A stretch of DNA of 63,473 bases, the filler included, from Folioceros fuciformis (taxonomy: Eukaryota): NCBI GenBank assembly GCA_049999805.1. It is 19 parts of 19 records of this genome, joined end to end, with 100 filler letters (N's around TTAATTAATTAA, not from the genome) between each part and the next. Parts side by side here need not be neighbours in the genome. Positions count along the whole stretch, not along the records: positions 36,560 to 37,563 come from JBNGIO010002988.1; positions 37,664 to 39,685 come from JBNGIO010002989.1; positions 39,786 to 40,807 come from JBNGIO010002990.1; positions 40,908 to 43,763 come from JBNGIO010002991.1; positions 43,864 to 45,034 come from JBNGIO010002992.1; positions 45,135 to 47,433 come from JBNGIO010002993.1; positions 47,534 to 50,380 come from JBNGIO010002994.1; 12 more parts are not named here. One strand, written 5' to 3'. The translations under genes and the position numbers were made by a program. Shown one piece after another: positions 36,560 to 49,408 of this stretch (the first letter of the stretch is position 1; every line of letters begins with the position of its first letter). Below the pieces are notes generated by a model that worked only from the letters and a program-made list of their open reading frames with translations, was not told where the DNA came from and searched no databases.

Positions 36560-37563
36560 GCCAAATCTCCAGGCACAACATACTCTTGTTTACGCAACTT
36601 CTGGTCGTGCCACTTCTTCCTCCTCTCCTGGACATCAAGAAAAACAGCCAACGCCCGTTCCCTGCCCTCATCATGCTGCAAAAAACTGGTCAGCCTCTCC
36701 AACTGGCTCTCCTCCACGGGCAACCGGTTGCTCTCCCGCATCCTCAAGGTGGGTACCTCAAATTCGATGGGCATGACCGGTGAGTGTCCATAGGTGAGGT
36801 AATAAGGGGTCTGCTGGGTAGTAACCTTCTCAACAGTCCTATATGCCCACAAGGCTGAATGGAGCTTCCTATCCCAGTCATGAGCATAGCTGACGGTGAG
36901 TTTGCTGAGAATCTTGCACAACAACCCGTTAGCCTTCTCCGTGAGTCCATTGGCCTTAGGGTTGTAGGGAGTGGTCTTCCTATGACTGATATTGAAATAT
37001 TCAGTCATGTGCTTGACCACTTCATTGATGAAGTGAGTCCCCCTATCACTCATCAGCTCCAACGGACACCCATACCTCGTGATGATCTGTTCAAACAAAA
37101 ATCTGGCCACCACATTTGCTATGTCCACGGGCAAAGCTTGAGCCTCCACCATGCGTGTGCAGTAGTCGGTTGCCACCAGGATGTATTGGTTCTGCCTTCC
37201 CTTGGATTTGGGCTGGATTGGTCCTACGAAATCAATCCCCCACTTCTCAAATGGTGCTAGGGCTAGGATGGGGACCAATGGCCATTGTGTGGTCCTGGTA
37301 GGCTTCCCCACCCTTTGGCACGCATCACACCTCCTAATGAATTCTCCAGCATCAGTATGCATTGTTGGCCACCAATACTCTGCTGCCAGAATTTTTCTGC
37401 AGGTCACATGGGCTGCGTAATGACCCCCAGCCTCTCCCTCATGTAAGGAACTGATAACTTGCTCCACTTGGCCAGGCTTGACCCACAAACGCTCCACGCC
37501 GTCAGCCCCTGTGCGATATAGCCTGCCCTTGTACTGAACAACCAGTCTTGTGAAGTACAAGAA
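36560..37563 (-). CDS. Gypsy (Tat/Athila-like) integrase fragment
   Basis: HEGEAGGH, CDACQR, FEKWGIDFVGP, SDRGTHF, YNPKANGLTEKAN and ALWAYRT motifs. Confidence 0.95.
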
Positions 37564-37663
37564 NNNNNNNNNNNNNNNNNNNNNNNNNNNNNNNNNNNNN
37601 NNNNNNNTTAATTAATTAANNNNNNNNNNNNNNNNNNNNNNNNNNNNNNNNNNNNNNNNNNNN

Positions 37664-39685
37664 TGTTGGATGGCACCTCCTTGCAGCTCTTTGATGTGTT
37701 GTATGTACCGCCTATGAGCAAAATTTTGCTCTCTGTTAGAGCAATTACCTCTGCTGGACAATATGGATTTAGCTTTGAGCACAACCACTGTTTTCTTTAC
37801 AGAATAAAGGATCCACGGTATTATGTTGCTAAAGCTATTTTGCAGGATGATTTGTATCAGTTGGATACCTCTTCTCCTTGTAGTGTTCAGGCGTTGGTGG
37901 CCTCTAATTCTCTTCAAGCTAAGCTTTGGCATGCACGTTTGGGTCATGTCAACCAGTCTAAACTCAATCTGATGTCCCATCTAGCTGCTATCGTGATAAG
38001 TTGCCTTCCTATTTCAAGCACCTTGCACCCTGCAGTGCTTGCATATTGTCTAAACAAAAGGAGCTTCCCTTTAAAAATCATATGGCTACAAGAGCTAGAG
38101 CAGTCCTTGAGTTGATACATGCAGATCTTGCAAGGAAACTTCCAATTAAATCTCTTGGTGGGTCTGAGTATTACTTATCTCTCACAGATGATTTTTCTCG
38201 CTATACCTAGACTTTTCCTTTGCAGCTGAAGAGTGATGCCTTTGATCATATTTCCACATGGATTCCTATGGTTCAAAGACAAACAGAACATTTGGTTAAG
38301 TGTTTTCGCACAGATAATGGTGGCGAATTCACTAGACATAGGTTTGATGACTTGTTTCAGCTTTATGGAATTACAAGGCAACTAGTTGTCTATTCCATAC
38401 ACACAGCAGCAAAATGGTGTGGCTGAGAGAAAGAATCAAACCTTAATGGGTATGACCAGAAGTATGTTGGCTTGGGCAGGTCTTCCAAAGTCCTTTTGGG
38501 CTGAAGCTGTGGTTGCTACCACTTATATTTTGAATAGAGTTGTCACAGCTGCTCTTCCAAGACGTACACCTTATGAGGCGTTTTGGGGTCGCAAGCCAAG
38601 TCTTCTTCATCTTCGGGTCTTTGGGTCTCCAACCTTTGCATTTGTTCCTGAAGCCAAAAGGGGGAAATCAAATCATAGGTCCAAGCCCTTAGTTTTTCTT
38701 GGCTACTCAGAAGAATCCAAGGCCTATAAGCTATTTGACCCTCAGACACATAGGATAACACTAGCTCGTAGTGTTACATTTAGGGAGATTACCTCTTGTA
38801 AGTCTGACTCTGTTTGTGGTGATGTTGTTCCCTTGACTGCTGAGTTGGATGAATCTTCTAGTGAGGTTTCTTCAGTCATGTTTCCTCTATCTGATGGTGG
38901 TCTGGATACATCTACTGGCTCCACCATTCCTGCCACTGGTGATCAGCATATAGATGCAAATTTAGAGGGAGTTGGTGCTACAGTCGCTGATGTACCTGAT
39001 GTGTTTGATCAATTGCCTTCTGATGAGGATGTTGTTGATGAAGAGGATGCTGGGCTTGGAGACTTTGTTGCTCAACCTCTTGAAGAGGACCCTCCTCTTA
39101 ATGCTGACCCAGCTCCACGTTACCCTATGCGTGAGCGTCGACTACAGGATCAGTGGTTAGAGCAGCCATATCAGTCTATTGATTTTAGGAAGCCCTCAGC
39201 CCATGTAGCTGCTATCTCTATACCTGATGTGAGACTTGATCCTCAATCGTATAGGGAAGCCTTGGAAGGACCTGATGGAGCACTTTGGCGCATCTCTATA
39301 GCTGATGAGTACAACTCTTTGATTAAAAATAACGCTTGGGAGCTAGCAGACTTGCCACCTGGGAGGAAGCCCATTACATGTAAATGGGTGTTTAAGACAA
39401 AGCTCAAGGCTGATGGGACTATAACTAGACATAAATCTCGACTGGTGGCACATGGCTTCAGTCAGATACTAGGTATTGACTATGGTGATATCAACCTTTA
39501 GTCCTGTTGTGAAGCCGCCTTCAGTGCGCATTCTTCTAGCTATGGCAATCGAGTTCGATCTAGAGCTCCATCAGATGGACGTCTGCACTACCTTTCTTCA
39601 TGGAGAGTTGGAAGAGGTCTTATACATGACACAGCCATAGGGTTTTGTTAGTAAGGAGTATCCCAACAAAGTATGTAAGTTACTC
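37664..39685 (+). pseudogene. Copia pre-integrase, integrase and RT start
   Basis: LWHARLGH, LELIHAD, DDFSRY, RTDNGGEF, QQNGVAERKN and CKWVFKTK motifs, with frameshifts. Confidence 0.95.
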
Positions 39686-39785
39686 NNNNNNNNNNNNNNN
39701 NNNNNNNNNNNNNNNNNNNNNNNNNNNNNTTAATTAATTAANNNNNNNNNNNNNNNNNNNNNNNNNNNNNNNNNNNNNNNNNNNN

Positions 39786-40412
39786 GATGAATTATCAGTT
39801 GTATCCCAACTTCATCAACGTGTCCTGCAGTGCATTCAAACAAATAAGTTACAATTACTTTCGATAGCTTATTTAAAAATAGCTTTTAATACTTTAATTG
39901 CTGCTATTTATCCACTGGAGACTAATTTGTTGTTTGATCTACCTTCACAAAGCTTACCAAATTTAGCAAGAGTGTGTGCATAGATAGGCACTGTAGGGAA
40001 TAATCTCTGTGATTCTTCTTTTACCAAATCTGCCACACATATAGATGTTAATACAATAATTCAACACCTTAAGACAAACAACAAAATTGTGGACAGACGC
40101 TATAATCAAATACAAGGACATTTATCTACAACAAGTGTGGACTTACAGCATCTGAAGGAACAAATTGCTCACATGGACTGCAAGCTGGTTACGCTCTTGA
40201 GATCCAAGCAACCTATTATTTCGTCCTTCAGAGCTGCATCTTGTAAGCATACCAATAAGATAAAACGTGATCGACAATTCTGCTCACCTAATTTATTTAC
40301 ATCTTGTTCAACAAGTACTTACAATGAAGGTGACAAGAGGAGCTATAAGAATGCTTCTAAAAGAGCAGTGTGGGGTCGAATCTTACAACATCAAAGACAA
40401 CATGCATTGTAA
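39786..40412 (+). pseudogene. Copia ORF0 (5'-truncated, one in-frame TAG at 39981)
   Basis: Single frame from the contig start, collinear with the ORF at 50567-51328 (QLHQ, FNTLI, VDR, SVDL, EQI.H.D.KL, CK, F..PN...SCST). Confidence 0.8.
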
Positions 40413-40422
40413 TTAGGAGTGT

Positions 40423-40807
40423 ATGGACGGGAAAGATAGTGATCTGGAAGGGGCAGAGCCTAATTCTGTACCATCTACATCCAACATGGGTGATACAATC
40501 TCATCATCAACTCTTAGTACAGAAACTTTCAAAGAAAAGGATAGATTTAATGGTACTGACTTTGATATTTGGCTTATCCGGATGGAGGGTGTCCTTGAGA
40601 TGAGAGGACTCCTGAAATATGCAACCGGAGTGGTAAAGTTCCCTGGCGACGGAACTGCAGCAGGAGCATATTGGTTAGCTAAAGACAGCGTAGCCAAATA
40701 CCTCATACGTAGTGGCCTAACATCTAACATGTTGAGGCAGACTGCAGGGGTAAAGACTTTAGCTGAGATCTGGACACGCCTCAAGGAACTCTACGCAGGG
40801 CAGAATA
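40423..40807 (+). CDS. Copia gag N-terminus
   Basis: FKEKDRFNGTDFDIWLIRM...AEIWTRLKELY. Likely start at 40486. Confidence 0.9.
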
Positions 40808-40907
40808 NNNNNNNNNNNNNNNNNNNNNNNNNNNNNNNNNNNNNNNNNNNNTTAATTAATTAANNNNNNNNNNNNNNNNNNNNNNNNNNNNNNNNNNNNN
40901 NNNNNNN

Positions 40908-43763
40908 GCTGCTCATCATTACATTGGTGATCCCCCTCATAGTCCACAACATCAATAGGATCTGGATCTACAGGAGGTGCACAAATAGCAGGTACCAAAG
41001 GCGGGTTAGTCTGTTCATTTTGTGCCTGTAAGAGAGCATCAACTGCTACATGGTCTAACAGAGTAGAAACATCTCCATCTGACTGTGGGTAATTATGTGT
41101 GGACTCTGTATCAATAGGTATACTCTCACGAGTGGTAGACAAGGAATCTGTTTGAGGAGTCAAAAGTTCCTTGAAGGTAACACTACGTGCTAGTGTAATC
41201 TTGGAGGTCTTAGGGTCATACAACTTATAGGCTTTGGATTCCTCTGAATAGCCAACAAAGATGGAGGGTCTAGACCTATCATCTAACTTCCCCCTCTTGG
41301 CTTTAGGGACAAAAGCAAAAGTAGGTGACCCAAAGACCCGCAAGTGCAGCAGGCTAGGCTTGCAACCCCAGAAAGCTTTATAAGGGGTGCAATTAGGCAG
41401 AGCAGAAGTAACAAGTTGATTCAGAATGTAAGTAGTTGTCACCACAGCTTCTACCCAGAATGTTTTTGGTAAGGTAGCCTACGAGATCATGCTACGTGTC
41501 ATGCCCATCAAAGTTTGATTTTTGCGCTCAGCAACACCGGTCTGTTGTTGTGTATAGGGCACTGACAACTGGCAAAGAATACCATACGCCTGGAAAAGAT
41601 CATCAAACCGATGGTCAATAAATTTCACTCCATTATCAGTCCGGAATCATCTAACAAGCCGTCCAGTGTGTCTCTGGACCGTAAGGATCCAAGTTGAGAA
41701 GTGTTCGAACACATCACTCTTTAACTTGATACGGAAGGTCCAAGTATAGCTGGAAAAATCGTCAATCAGTGATAGATAGTATTCTGCTCCACCAAGAGAC
41801 TTCACAGGCAGCTTTCCAGCAATGTCAGCATGCACAAGTTCAAGGACAATAGTTGCCCTAGTAGGTTGTTTATTCTTGAAAGGCAATTCTTTTTGTTTAG
41901 ACAGTATGCAGGATGTGCAGGTTGGCACATGCTTGAAACATCTGGGGAGCTTTTCTCTGTAGAAGGTGGAGTTCGACATGAAATCCAACTTTGACTTGTT
42001 CACACGGCCCAACCTCGCATGCCACAGGTTAGCCTTTTCATTGTACAAAGCAAGAAGGACTCTAATGCGTGACTTAGACACCTTGACCAGTTGATAAAGA
42101 TCATGTACTAAGACAGCCTTAGAAAGATTCTTCTCTCGACATGTAAGGAAATACAGATAGCACGTACTACTTTCAAAATGAAAACCATATAGATTCATTC
42201 TAGAAATGGCTCTAACAGACAATAAGTTTCTGCTCATTGCTGGAACAAACAGAACTTCCTGAAGGTGCAGGGTTGAACCATCAAGAAGTGGTATGTCTAC
42301 TGTACCTGTCCCTTTTACCTCAACGCCCCGTGCATCACCCACAAAGACTGACTGAGGGGTTTGCAGTTTGTGAAAGGAAGAAAACATTTGTCGATTGTTG
42401 CAGACGTGAGCAGTCGCTCCCGAATCAACGAACCAATGCTGAGTGTTCTATTTAGTTGAAGTCAGACAAACTGTAAGTACAGAATTGCTGCTTTGAGGTT
42501 GTTGTTGGCCATTCTGAGATTTTGCTTCCTTGGATGAAACATGAGCCTATGATCTAACATTCTTTTTGGGCTCTCCAGCTCTCTTCTTTCTACAGTCACG
42601 TTCCCAATGCCTAGGTATCTGGCACTAGTTGCAACTGACGGTGTGCTTAGTGGTGGAGGAAGAGGTACCATAAGTGTTTGAAGAATTCTTCTTACTTTTG
42701 TCAATAAGTGAATAACGTTTCAACAAACCCTAAGCATATCACATGACTTCTAACTGATAACCGTTTGTGCCTGCAGACATTCTCAGAATGCAAGGGACGT
42801 GACCCAAGGACATCTACAACACCATGACACTCCAACCAACAGGCGCAATCTACAGCACTGCCTGTTGAGAGCTCCAGGGCAACGAATTGTAAATTCGCAA
42901 GCTGTCTCTCACACCCCTTTAGATCTGAGGGGTCATCTTTGGCTGATCCTCAGCACATGCTCCATCTCTCATGGGAACAAGAGATTCCAGGTATATCGCT
43001 GCAACTGGTTGCAATGCAGAGGTAGAAGCATGTGTTTGTTGAACTCTGAATTGAGTAAGCTGAATAACAAGTTCTGCAACTTCGGATTGCAGGGACTCCA
43101 CACTTCTGATCACTTCACCAAGTCTTGGAATTGTAAAGGCAAAGGTATGGTCAGCAAGCAATTCGATACTGTTCAACTTGAGGATGAGATGGTCAGTTAT
43201 ATAAGGACTTGCTGTAGAATCAAGTTGCTCAAGTAGTACTCCATCTTCAAGAACTTCTCCTAACCAATTTTCTCGTTCAATCCTTGATTGCAGAAGCTCA
43301 ATCCGCCTGGAAACCACTTGACTGGAGTAGTTGTGGGAAGAGATAGAAAATTCTCTCACCCTGTCCTTCTTCCTAGCATCTAAGAGCAGATCATTGAGTA
43401 GTCTACTAATGTAATCTGCCCTAGCAGCCCAAGGAGATGAAGAGATAGGCTCTATACGCCTACCACTCCTTCTAGGCATTTTAAGCATAGGAACAAGAGT
43501 CAAATATGCCTATCATTTGAGATTGCTAGGACACTAGAGTAGACACACTAGACTCGACATATTTGCAATCACATTGCAAGCAACATAAGTAGAAGTAGTA
43601 CAGCGGAAGACTCAAAGCATCGAGAGCTCTGATACCATGTTATTTTATGCATTTGTTCAAGGATTATTTAGACAAAGAATACTTGAGACAATGCAGCAAA
43701 AGAACGTAATTCAATTAATACAAAATTGTAGCTTTTATAGTGTCAAGTTTGTTAAACCCAAAA
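40908..43763 (-). mobile_element. 5' half of a Copia element (LTR end, PBS, ORF0, gag with N-terminal deletion, PR, INT)
   Basis: PBS TGGTATCAGAGC at 43626-43637, zinc knuckle, WFVDSGAT, LWHARLG and DDFS. A 47-nt end overlap links it to the contigs at 17020 and 45135. Confidence 0.92.
42919..43479 (-). CDS. Intact ORF0 (about 186 aa, coiled-coil) downstream of PBS
   Basis: ATG at 43479 (MPRRSGRR...), no internal stop, heptad VIRSVESLQSEVAELVIQL. Confidence 0.65.
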   Translation of the reverse strand: MPRRSGRRIEPISSSPWAARADYISRLLNDLLLDARKKDRVREFSISSHNYSSQVVSRRIELLQSRIERENWLGEVLEDGVLLEQLDSTASPYITDHLILKLNSIELLADHTFAFTIPRLGEVIRSVESLQSEVAELVIQLTQFRVQQTHASTSALQPVAAIYLESLVPMRDGACAEDQPKMTPQI

Positions 43764-43863
43764 NNNNNNNNNNNNNNNNNNNNNNNNNNNNNNNNNNNNN
43801 NNNNNNNTTAATTAATTAANNNNNNNNNNNNNNNNNNNNNNNNNNNNNNNNNNNNNNNNNNNN

Positions 43864-45034
43864 CATGGCTGTTTGAGAGGAGGCTGAAGCCAAGGTTCTT
43901 AGGGGGCTGGAGGGGCTGGACAGCACCAAGGAGGGGTACTATGGGGAAGATACAGCCATGGCTATATGTACCCACAGTGGGAAGAGAAGAGGGAGGCAGC
44001 GGGCTGCTAAGAAGAAAGGGAATGAAGTGGAATCAGCTACAGGATCAGAGGAGGAGGAGAAGAGTACTCCGGATGGGGAGGAATCAGGTCAAGAGGAGGG
44101 AGACCAAGAAGGGCAGACACCTAAAGAGGAAAAATCAGGGGCTGGAGAGGGAGCATCTCCAGCAAGGGGGGAAACCTGGAATTTCCTCCAAATGTGAGGG
44201 GAGAGGTGCTAGACATGATCTAGGAGGAGTTGGATAGGGCAGCAAAGGAGTCAGCACCCGTGGCTGCAAGTCTGGCACCTAGGGAGGTGGCAACTGTGAC
44301 CAAAGGCACCAATGGGGCTGTCCAGAAGCCATTTGATTTGGCTAGAGCCATCATGGACCAGCAATTTGTTGTTACCTTTGGTCAGCTCCTGAAGGATAAC
44401 CCTAAATATTGACAGCAAGTCCGGAAGGCATTGCAGGAGGCCCAACCCAAGAGGAGGAAGAGGCTACCTAAATCAGGGCCAAGGTTGTCGGCTCCCATGG
44501 TCAACATGGTGTCCATGGTGGACCAAGGACCGGCTGAAATGCAGGTGGAGATTGAAGGTTGCGTGATTAAGAGGGTGCCGCTAGATACAAGTTCAGGGGT
44601 GAATATTATGACGGAGGGTACCGCCAATAAACTCGGATTGGAGATCGAGCACACAACCAAGTTCTTGAGGTTGGCTGATATATCCAAGATGTAGCCAGTG
44701 GGGGAGCTGAGAGGGGTAACCACGACCATAGGGACCATTCCCTACCTTCTCGATTTTGTGGTCATTCAGCACAAGGCACCAGGCTACAACATCTTGCTGG
44801 GTAGGACTTGGTTGTATGGATTGAGGTGCAAGCTGTCATGGGGAAGGAAGGAGGTGGCTTTTAAACCACTTGAATGGGACCCCAAGACAAAGGAGGGTAG
44901 GATTTGTTTGAGCTTGAGCCGAGATGTCTACCTTGGGGAGACCCCAATGGACACGGAGAGATACATGTCCGTAGGGGACACAACTGATTTGGAGGGAGAG
45001 GAAGGGGAAGATAAATTCCCCTTTTCTCACATCT
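43864..45034 (+). pseudogene. Gypsy gag-protease linker and aspartic protease
   Basis: VEIEGC...VPLDTSSGVNIMTE and ILLGRTWLYG, homologous to 15600-16000. In-frame stops. Confidence 0.88.
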
Positions 45035-45134
45035 NNNNNNNNNNNNNNNNNNNNNNNNNNNNNNNNNNNNNNNNNNNNTTAATTAATTAANNNNNNNNNN
45101 NNNNNNNNNNNNNNNNNNNNNNNNNNNNNNNNNN

Positions 45135-46992
45135 TGATGTTGTGGACTATGAGGGGGATCACCAATGTAATGATGAGCAGCTAGGTGCTTTTGAAGACTC
45201 AGATAACAGTGAAGCTCAAAGTGATGTTGTACTGTCAAATCTTGATGAGACTGCTGATGCTGATCCTCCTGCTCGCTATCCTGTAAGGATGAGAAGACCA
45301 CGAGAGTTATGGGATGAGCCACCTTATCAATTTGAAGATTTCAGGAGACATACAGCAGCCAATGTAACAGACTTGTATGTACTTGATGTCAGACCTGATC
45401 CTCGAACACTTGATGAAGCACTGAATGGTCATAATGGGGCCCATTGGCGAGAGTCAGTTAATGATGAGTACAATAGTCTCCTCAAAAACAAGACGTGGGA
45501 GCTAGCTGATCTGCCACCAAACATAAAGCCTATTACCTGTAAATGGGTATTTGAAACTAAACTAAAGTCAAATGGAACTATAGCAAGATATGAAAGCAAA
45601 CTTGTGGCAAGAGGGTTGTCACAGATTCATGGGATAGATTACGGAGATACTTTCTCCCCCGTAGTGAAGCCCCCATCTGTCAAAATCCTGCTTGCACTTG
45701 CCGCTGAGTTTGATCTTGAACTCCATCAGATGGATGTCTGCACGGCCTTGTTACATGGAGAACTGGAAGAGGTTCTCTACATGAACCAACCAAAAGGATT
45801 TGTTAGTCAGAAATGACCAGGTAAAGTCTGCAAACTTTTGAAGACTATCTATGGTTTGAAACAAAGCCCTAGAGCGTGGTACAAATGAATTATGAAGTTC
45901 TTGTGTAAGGCAAGCTTCTCACAATCATCAGCAGACTCAAATGTATTTTACTGATCTGAGTCTGGGCTCTTTGTCATCCTGGCCTTGTATGTCAACGATG
46001 CGATTCTACTAAGCAACAGCATGTCACACATGAACAAGGTTAAGGATCTTATGAGGAGCAAGTTTGAGATGACTGATCAGGGTGCCCTTCCGTTCTGCTT
46101 GGGTATTCAAATACTTAGAAACAGGCAGGACGGGACAATTGTCCTTCATCAGTCAAAATATCTCAAGGAAATACTTAAACGATTTCACCTGGATGAAGCT
46201 CGTCCTATAACTGCCCCTTCCGTTGTGGGTGAAAAGCTTTCAGTTGGCATGTCCCCTCATTCTGCAGATGAAAAAAAGGATATGGCTAGTGTCCCTTATG
46301 CTGAGGCAGTTGGATGTCTCATTTTCCTGGCAAACTGGACTAGACCAGATATACGCTTCTCTGTTAGTGTGGTAGCTTAGTTTATCAAGACTCAAGGTCG
46401 AGTCCATTGGGCTGCAATAAAACGTATCTATCGTTACCTAAAGGGAACGGTCAATTTAGGCCTGCATTACACTGCTAGTGGCAAGAAGAGTTTTGTGCTT
46501 ACTGCCCTAGCAGATGCAGACTGGGCATCAAATTCAAACACTTGTAAGAGTCTGTCTGCCTATGTATGTTTGCTAACCTCTGGTGCTGTCAATTGGTCAT
46601 GTAAAAAGCAATCTTCATTAGCACTGTCATCTACTGAGGCTTAATACAAGGCCCTCACAGACGCCTGCAAGGAACTTGAATGGGAGAGACAGTTTTTAGA
46701 ATCCATCTTTATGACACAAACTTTTGCAACTCAACTGCTATGTGACAATATGTCTGCTATAGCCCTTGTGGCTAATCCACGATTCCACGCAAGGACAAAG
46801 CTCATAGAGCTTTATCACCACTACATTAGAGATGTGGTGGAGAGAGGTGTGGCTAAGGTGGAGTATGTAAGCAATGATGAAAATACAGCAGACCTATTGA
46901 CTAAAGGGCTTTCTAAGGTCAAGCACTATGAGCATCTTGCTTCTATGGGCTTAAGGGTGTCTACTATGCCGATACGCAAAAGTACAAGATAG
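45135..46992 (+). pseudogene. Copia RT-RNase H (copy B)
   Basis: Near-identical to 17020-18803, with the same contig start and end. Confidence 0.95.
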
Positions 46993-47191
46993 TGTGTGCT
47001 CTACTGACAGGAAGTGACTTAAACAGTTTACTACAAGCCTGACCTTCCTGTCCAGCACACAAGACATGAGGATAGCTCATTGGATGAAGCAACCTACATA
47101 TTCAGTCGTGAAATGTTCTCTGCATCGACAAAAAGCAAAGAAAAGTAAACCTTCACAGCAGTGATTTACCTTTTTCAGGCAGGCAAGGGCC

Positions 47192-47433
47192 TTAGGTATC
47201 ACCAACTTTAGGCACACCGCTGACTGCTCCAGTATATCCAAGCGTGTTCAGTTCCTTCACAAGGTGCTGTATTCCACACTCTAACAGTGAAAACATGGTT
47301 GGATCCCGTGATGGGAACTTGGAGAGCAAGTCTCGAAGGTCCAAGACCCGACACTTCGCGGCCTTGATTGCTTCTTCGACCTCCTTGCACTTCTGAGCAG
47401 TCTGAAGCAGATGACACACCAAGTTTCTATCTG
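47192..47433 (-). CDS. Antisense ORF fragment downstream of Copia pol (copy B)
   Basis: Same frame and peptide as 19003-19244, with a few substitutions. Confidence 0.5.
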
Positions 47434-47627
47434 NNNNNNNNNNNNNNNNNNNNNNNNNNNNNNNNNNNNNNNNNNNNTTAATTAATTAANNNNNNNNNNN
47501 NNNNNNNNNNNNNNNNNNNNNNNNNNNNNNNNNATCCTAAGTTCACTAATAACTAGAACTAGTCTAGTATGAACCCAACTAGGATAACTAACACCACATG
47601 AGTTTAGCTCATATAGAGCTCGATAAC

Positions 47628-48701
47628 TCAACATAATCCACTATCATCACCTAAAAGGACAAATTGATGACTGTTTGATGTGGGTGTAAAAACTAAAATG
47701 GCTCGTCTATCAAAACAGATGTGGCTAGTTGCCCCAAAATCTAAAAACCACATGTCAATTTGAATTTGGATAGAGCTTAAGCAGACAGCTAAAATTGAGG
47801 GCGGTTTTGGCACACCTTTTCAAGTAGAAAGGTTGGACTCTACTGAAGACTACTCCCTCTTAGGCTCACCAACCTTTTTCTTTCTACAGTCTTTCTCATA
47901 ATGTCCTGGGATCTTACACCAATTACAAGTGAAGACCTTCCTTTGTAGATTTGGTTGTTTGGAATTGGAACCTCCACCACGTCCAATGCTGCCCCCTCGG
48001 CCTCTTCCTCTAAAGCCACCCCGACCACGTGAGGCAAAAAGGACTCGGGAGCCTTGTTGTGTTGAAGACTTGGACTTGTGAAGACTCTTCCTCTTCTCCT
48101 CAGCAATGAAAGCTCCGAATACTTGCTCTAAGGTCAAGTTAGCACCTGGGCTAGCAGCTTGGACAGTAGCATTCTAAGAGGATATAAATGAGGAATAACT
48201 CTTAGGAAGAGAAGATAAGAAACTAATGGCAGCTTGAGCTTCCATGAAAATGGTTTCACAATATGCGAGAGTTGCACGTGCAGTACGAAACTTGTTGATG
48301 TAAGATTCAACAGTCTCGTTGTCTCTCATACGCATGTTAAAGAAATCTCTGTGTGCCAGGATAAGTGAGGCAGAACTCTTATCTTGATAGATGACGTGGA
48401 AGTTGTTCCAAACTGCTGCCGAGGTGTCGGCTCCCAATGTGTGGGCAATCATGTTTCTGTTGAGGGAAGCCAAGATGATGGAACGTGCCCTTTTCTCCCT
48501 TCTCTGCCAAGCCAAAATATCAGCAGCATTAGCATTGTTCTATTGAGGTGCAGGAATTGGTTCCGTCCCATCAACAACCGCCATAAGCTCGTTTTCCTCC
48601 AGGATCTGGGTAACCCTCATGGTCCAGATATGATAACCAGTGCCGTTGAAACGATCTTTATTCCTGAACTCAATCTTCAAGGTCCCTTGAGGAGCGGCCA
48701 T
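47628..48701 (-). pseudogene. Copia gag and protease
   Basis: RNKDRFNGTGYHIW, UBN2-like region, CNWCKIPGHYEKDC and WFLDFGATSH. PBS-like TGGTATCAAATC at 49495-49506. Confidence 0.9.
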
Positions 48702-48839
48702 AGCTTGAGCAACAAAAGCAACTGTAGGATTTGGTGGAACTGGATTCCCGGGAAAGGGGTTAAATGCAAAACCACCTCCAAACGCAAAGCCTAGAATAAA
48801 GCCTGCTCCTAGAGCAGCTTGTTGATTGATGTTGGCAGT

Positions 48840-49408
48840 GATGCAACTACTAGTGCTACATCTTCTTCGCGTTCGCCGCCTTCATCGTGGACAACTTCAT
48901 CTAGGTCCAAATCAAGGTCATCATCATCCGGTCCAAGGTCCTCATGAGGAGGAGACGAATCTGGACGCATCACAGAGTTGAAACAGGATCAGAAATGGGG
49001 AAGGAATTCTATGCCAGAGGTATTTAAGCGTGTAATGTTGTGCCATCTGTCATCCTCATGAGATTGGCAGATCAGATACAAGCTTTTTATCCCCATGGTG
49101 AGATTCCTTAGCCGATCTTGAAGTCCTCTCATTTAGACGTTGACGGCCAAAAGCTATTCGTGCCTTTGCTGTCTCCTTGGACGGATCGGAGTAGTAGAGA
49201 CTGGGCGCCTTACCAAATGAGGGTTGCGATGTTGCCTAGTAGGAGTGTGATGTATGCGCCTAATCCCAGCTGGAGGGAAAGTAGCCGAGATCGTTGATCG
49301 AGTAGTATGTAGCTCACTCTCATAGCAATCCGGGCAGACAAGTTCCCTTTGGTATCTAGGATTAGGAAAGGATTCTACAGGGGTAGTCCTCTGTGGCATG
49401 CGCATCAC
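48840..49408 (-). pseudogene. Degraded ORF0
   Basis: One frame with three stops each explainable by C>T. Contains LLAVNV*MRGLQDRLRNL and an acidic tract. Confidence 0.55.
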
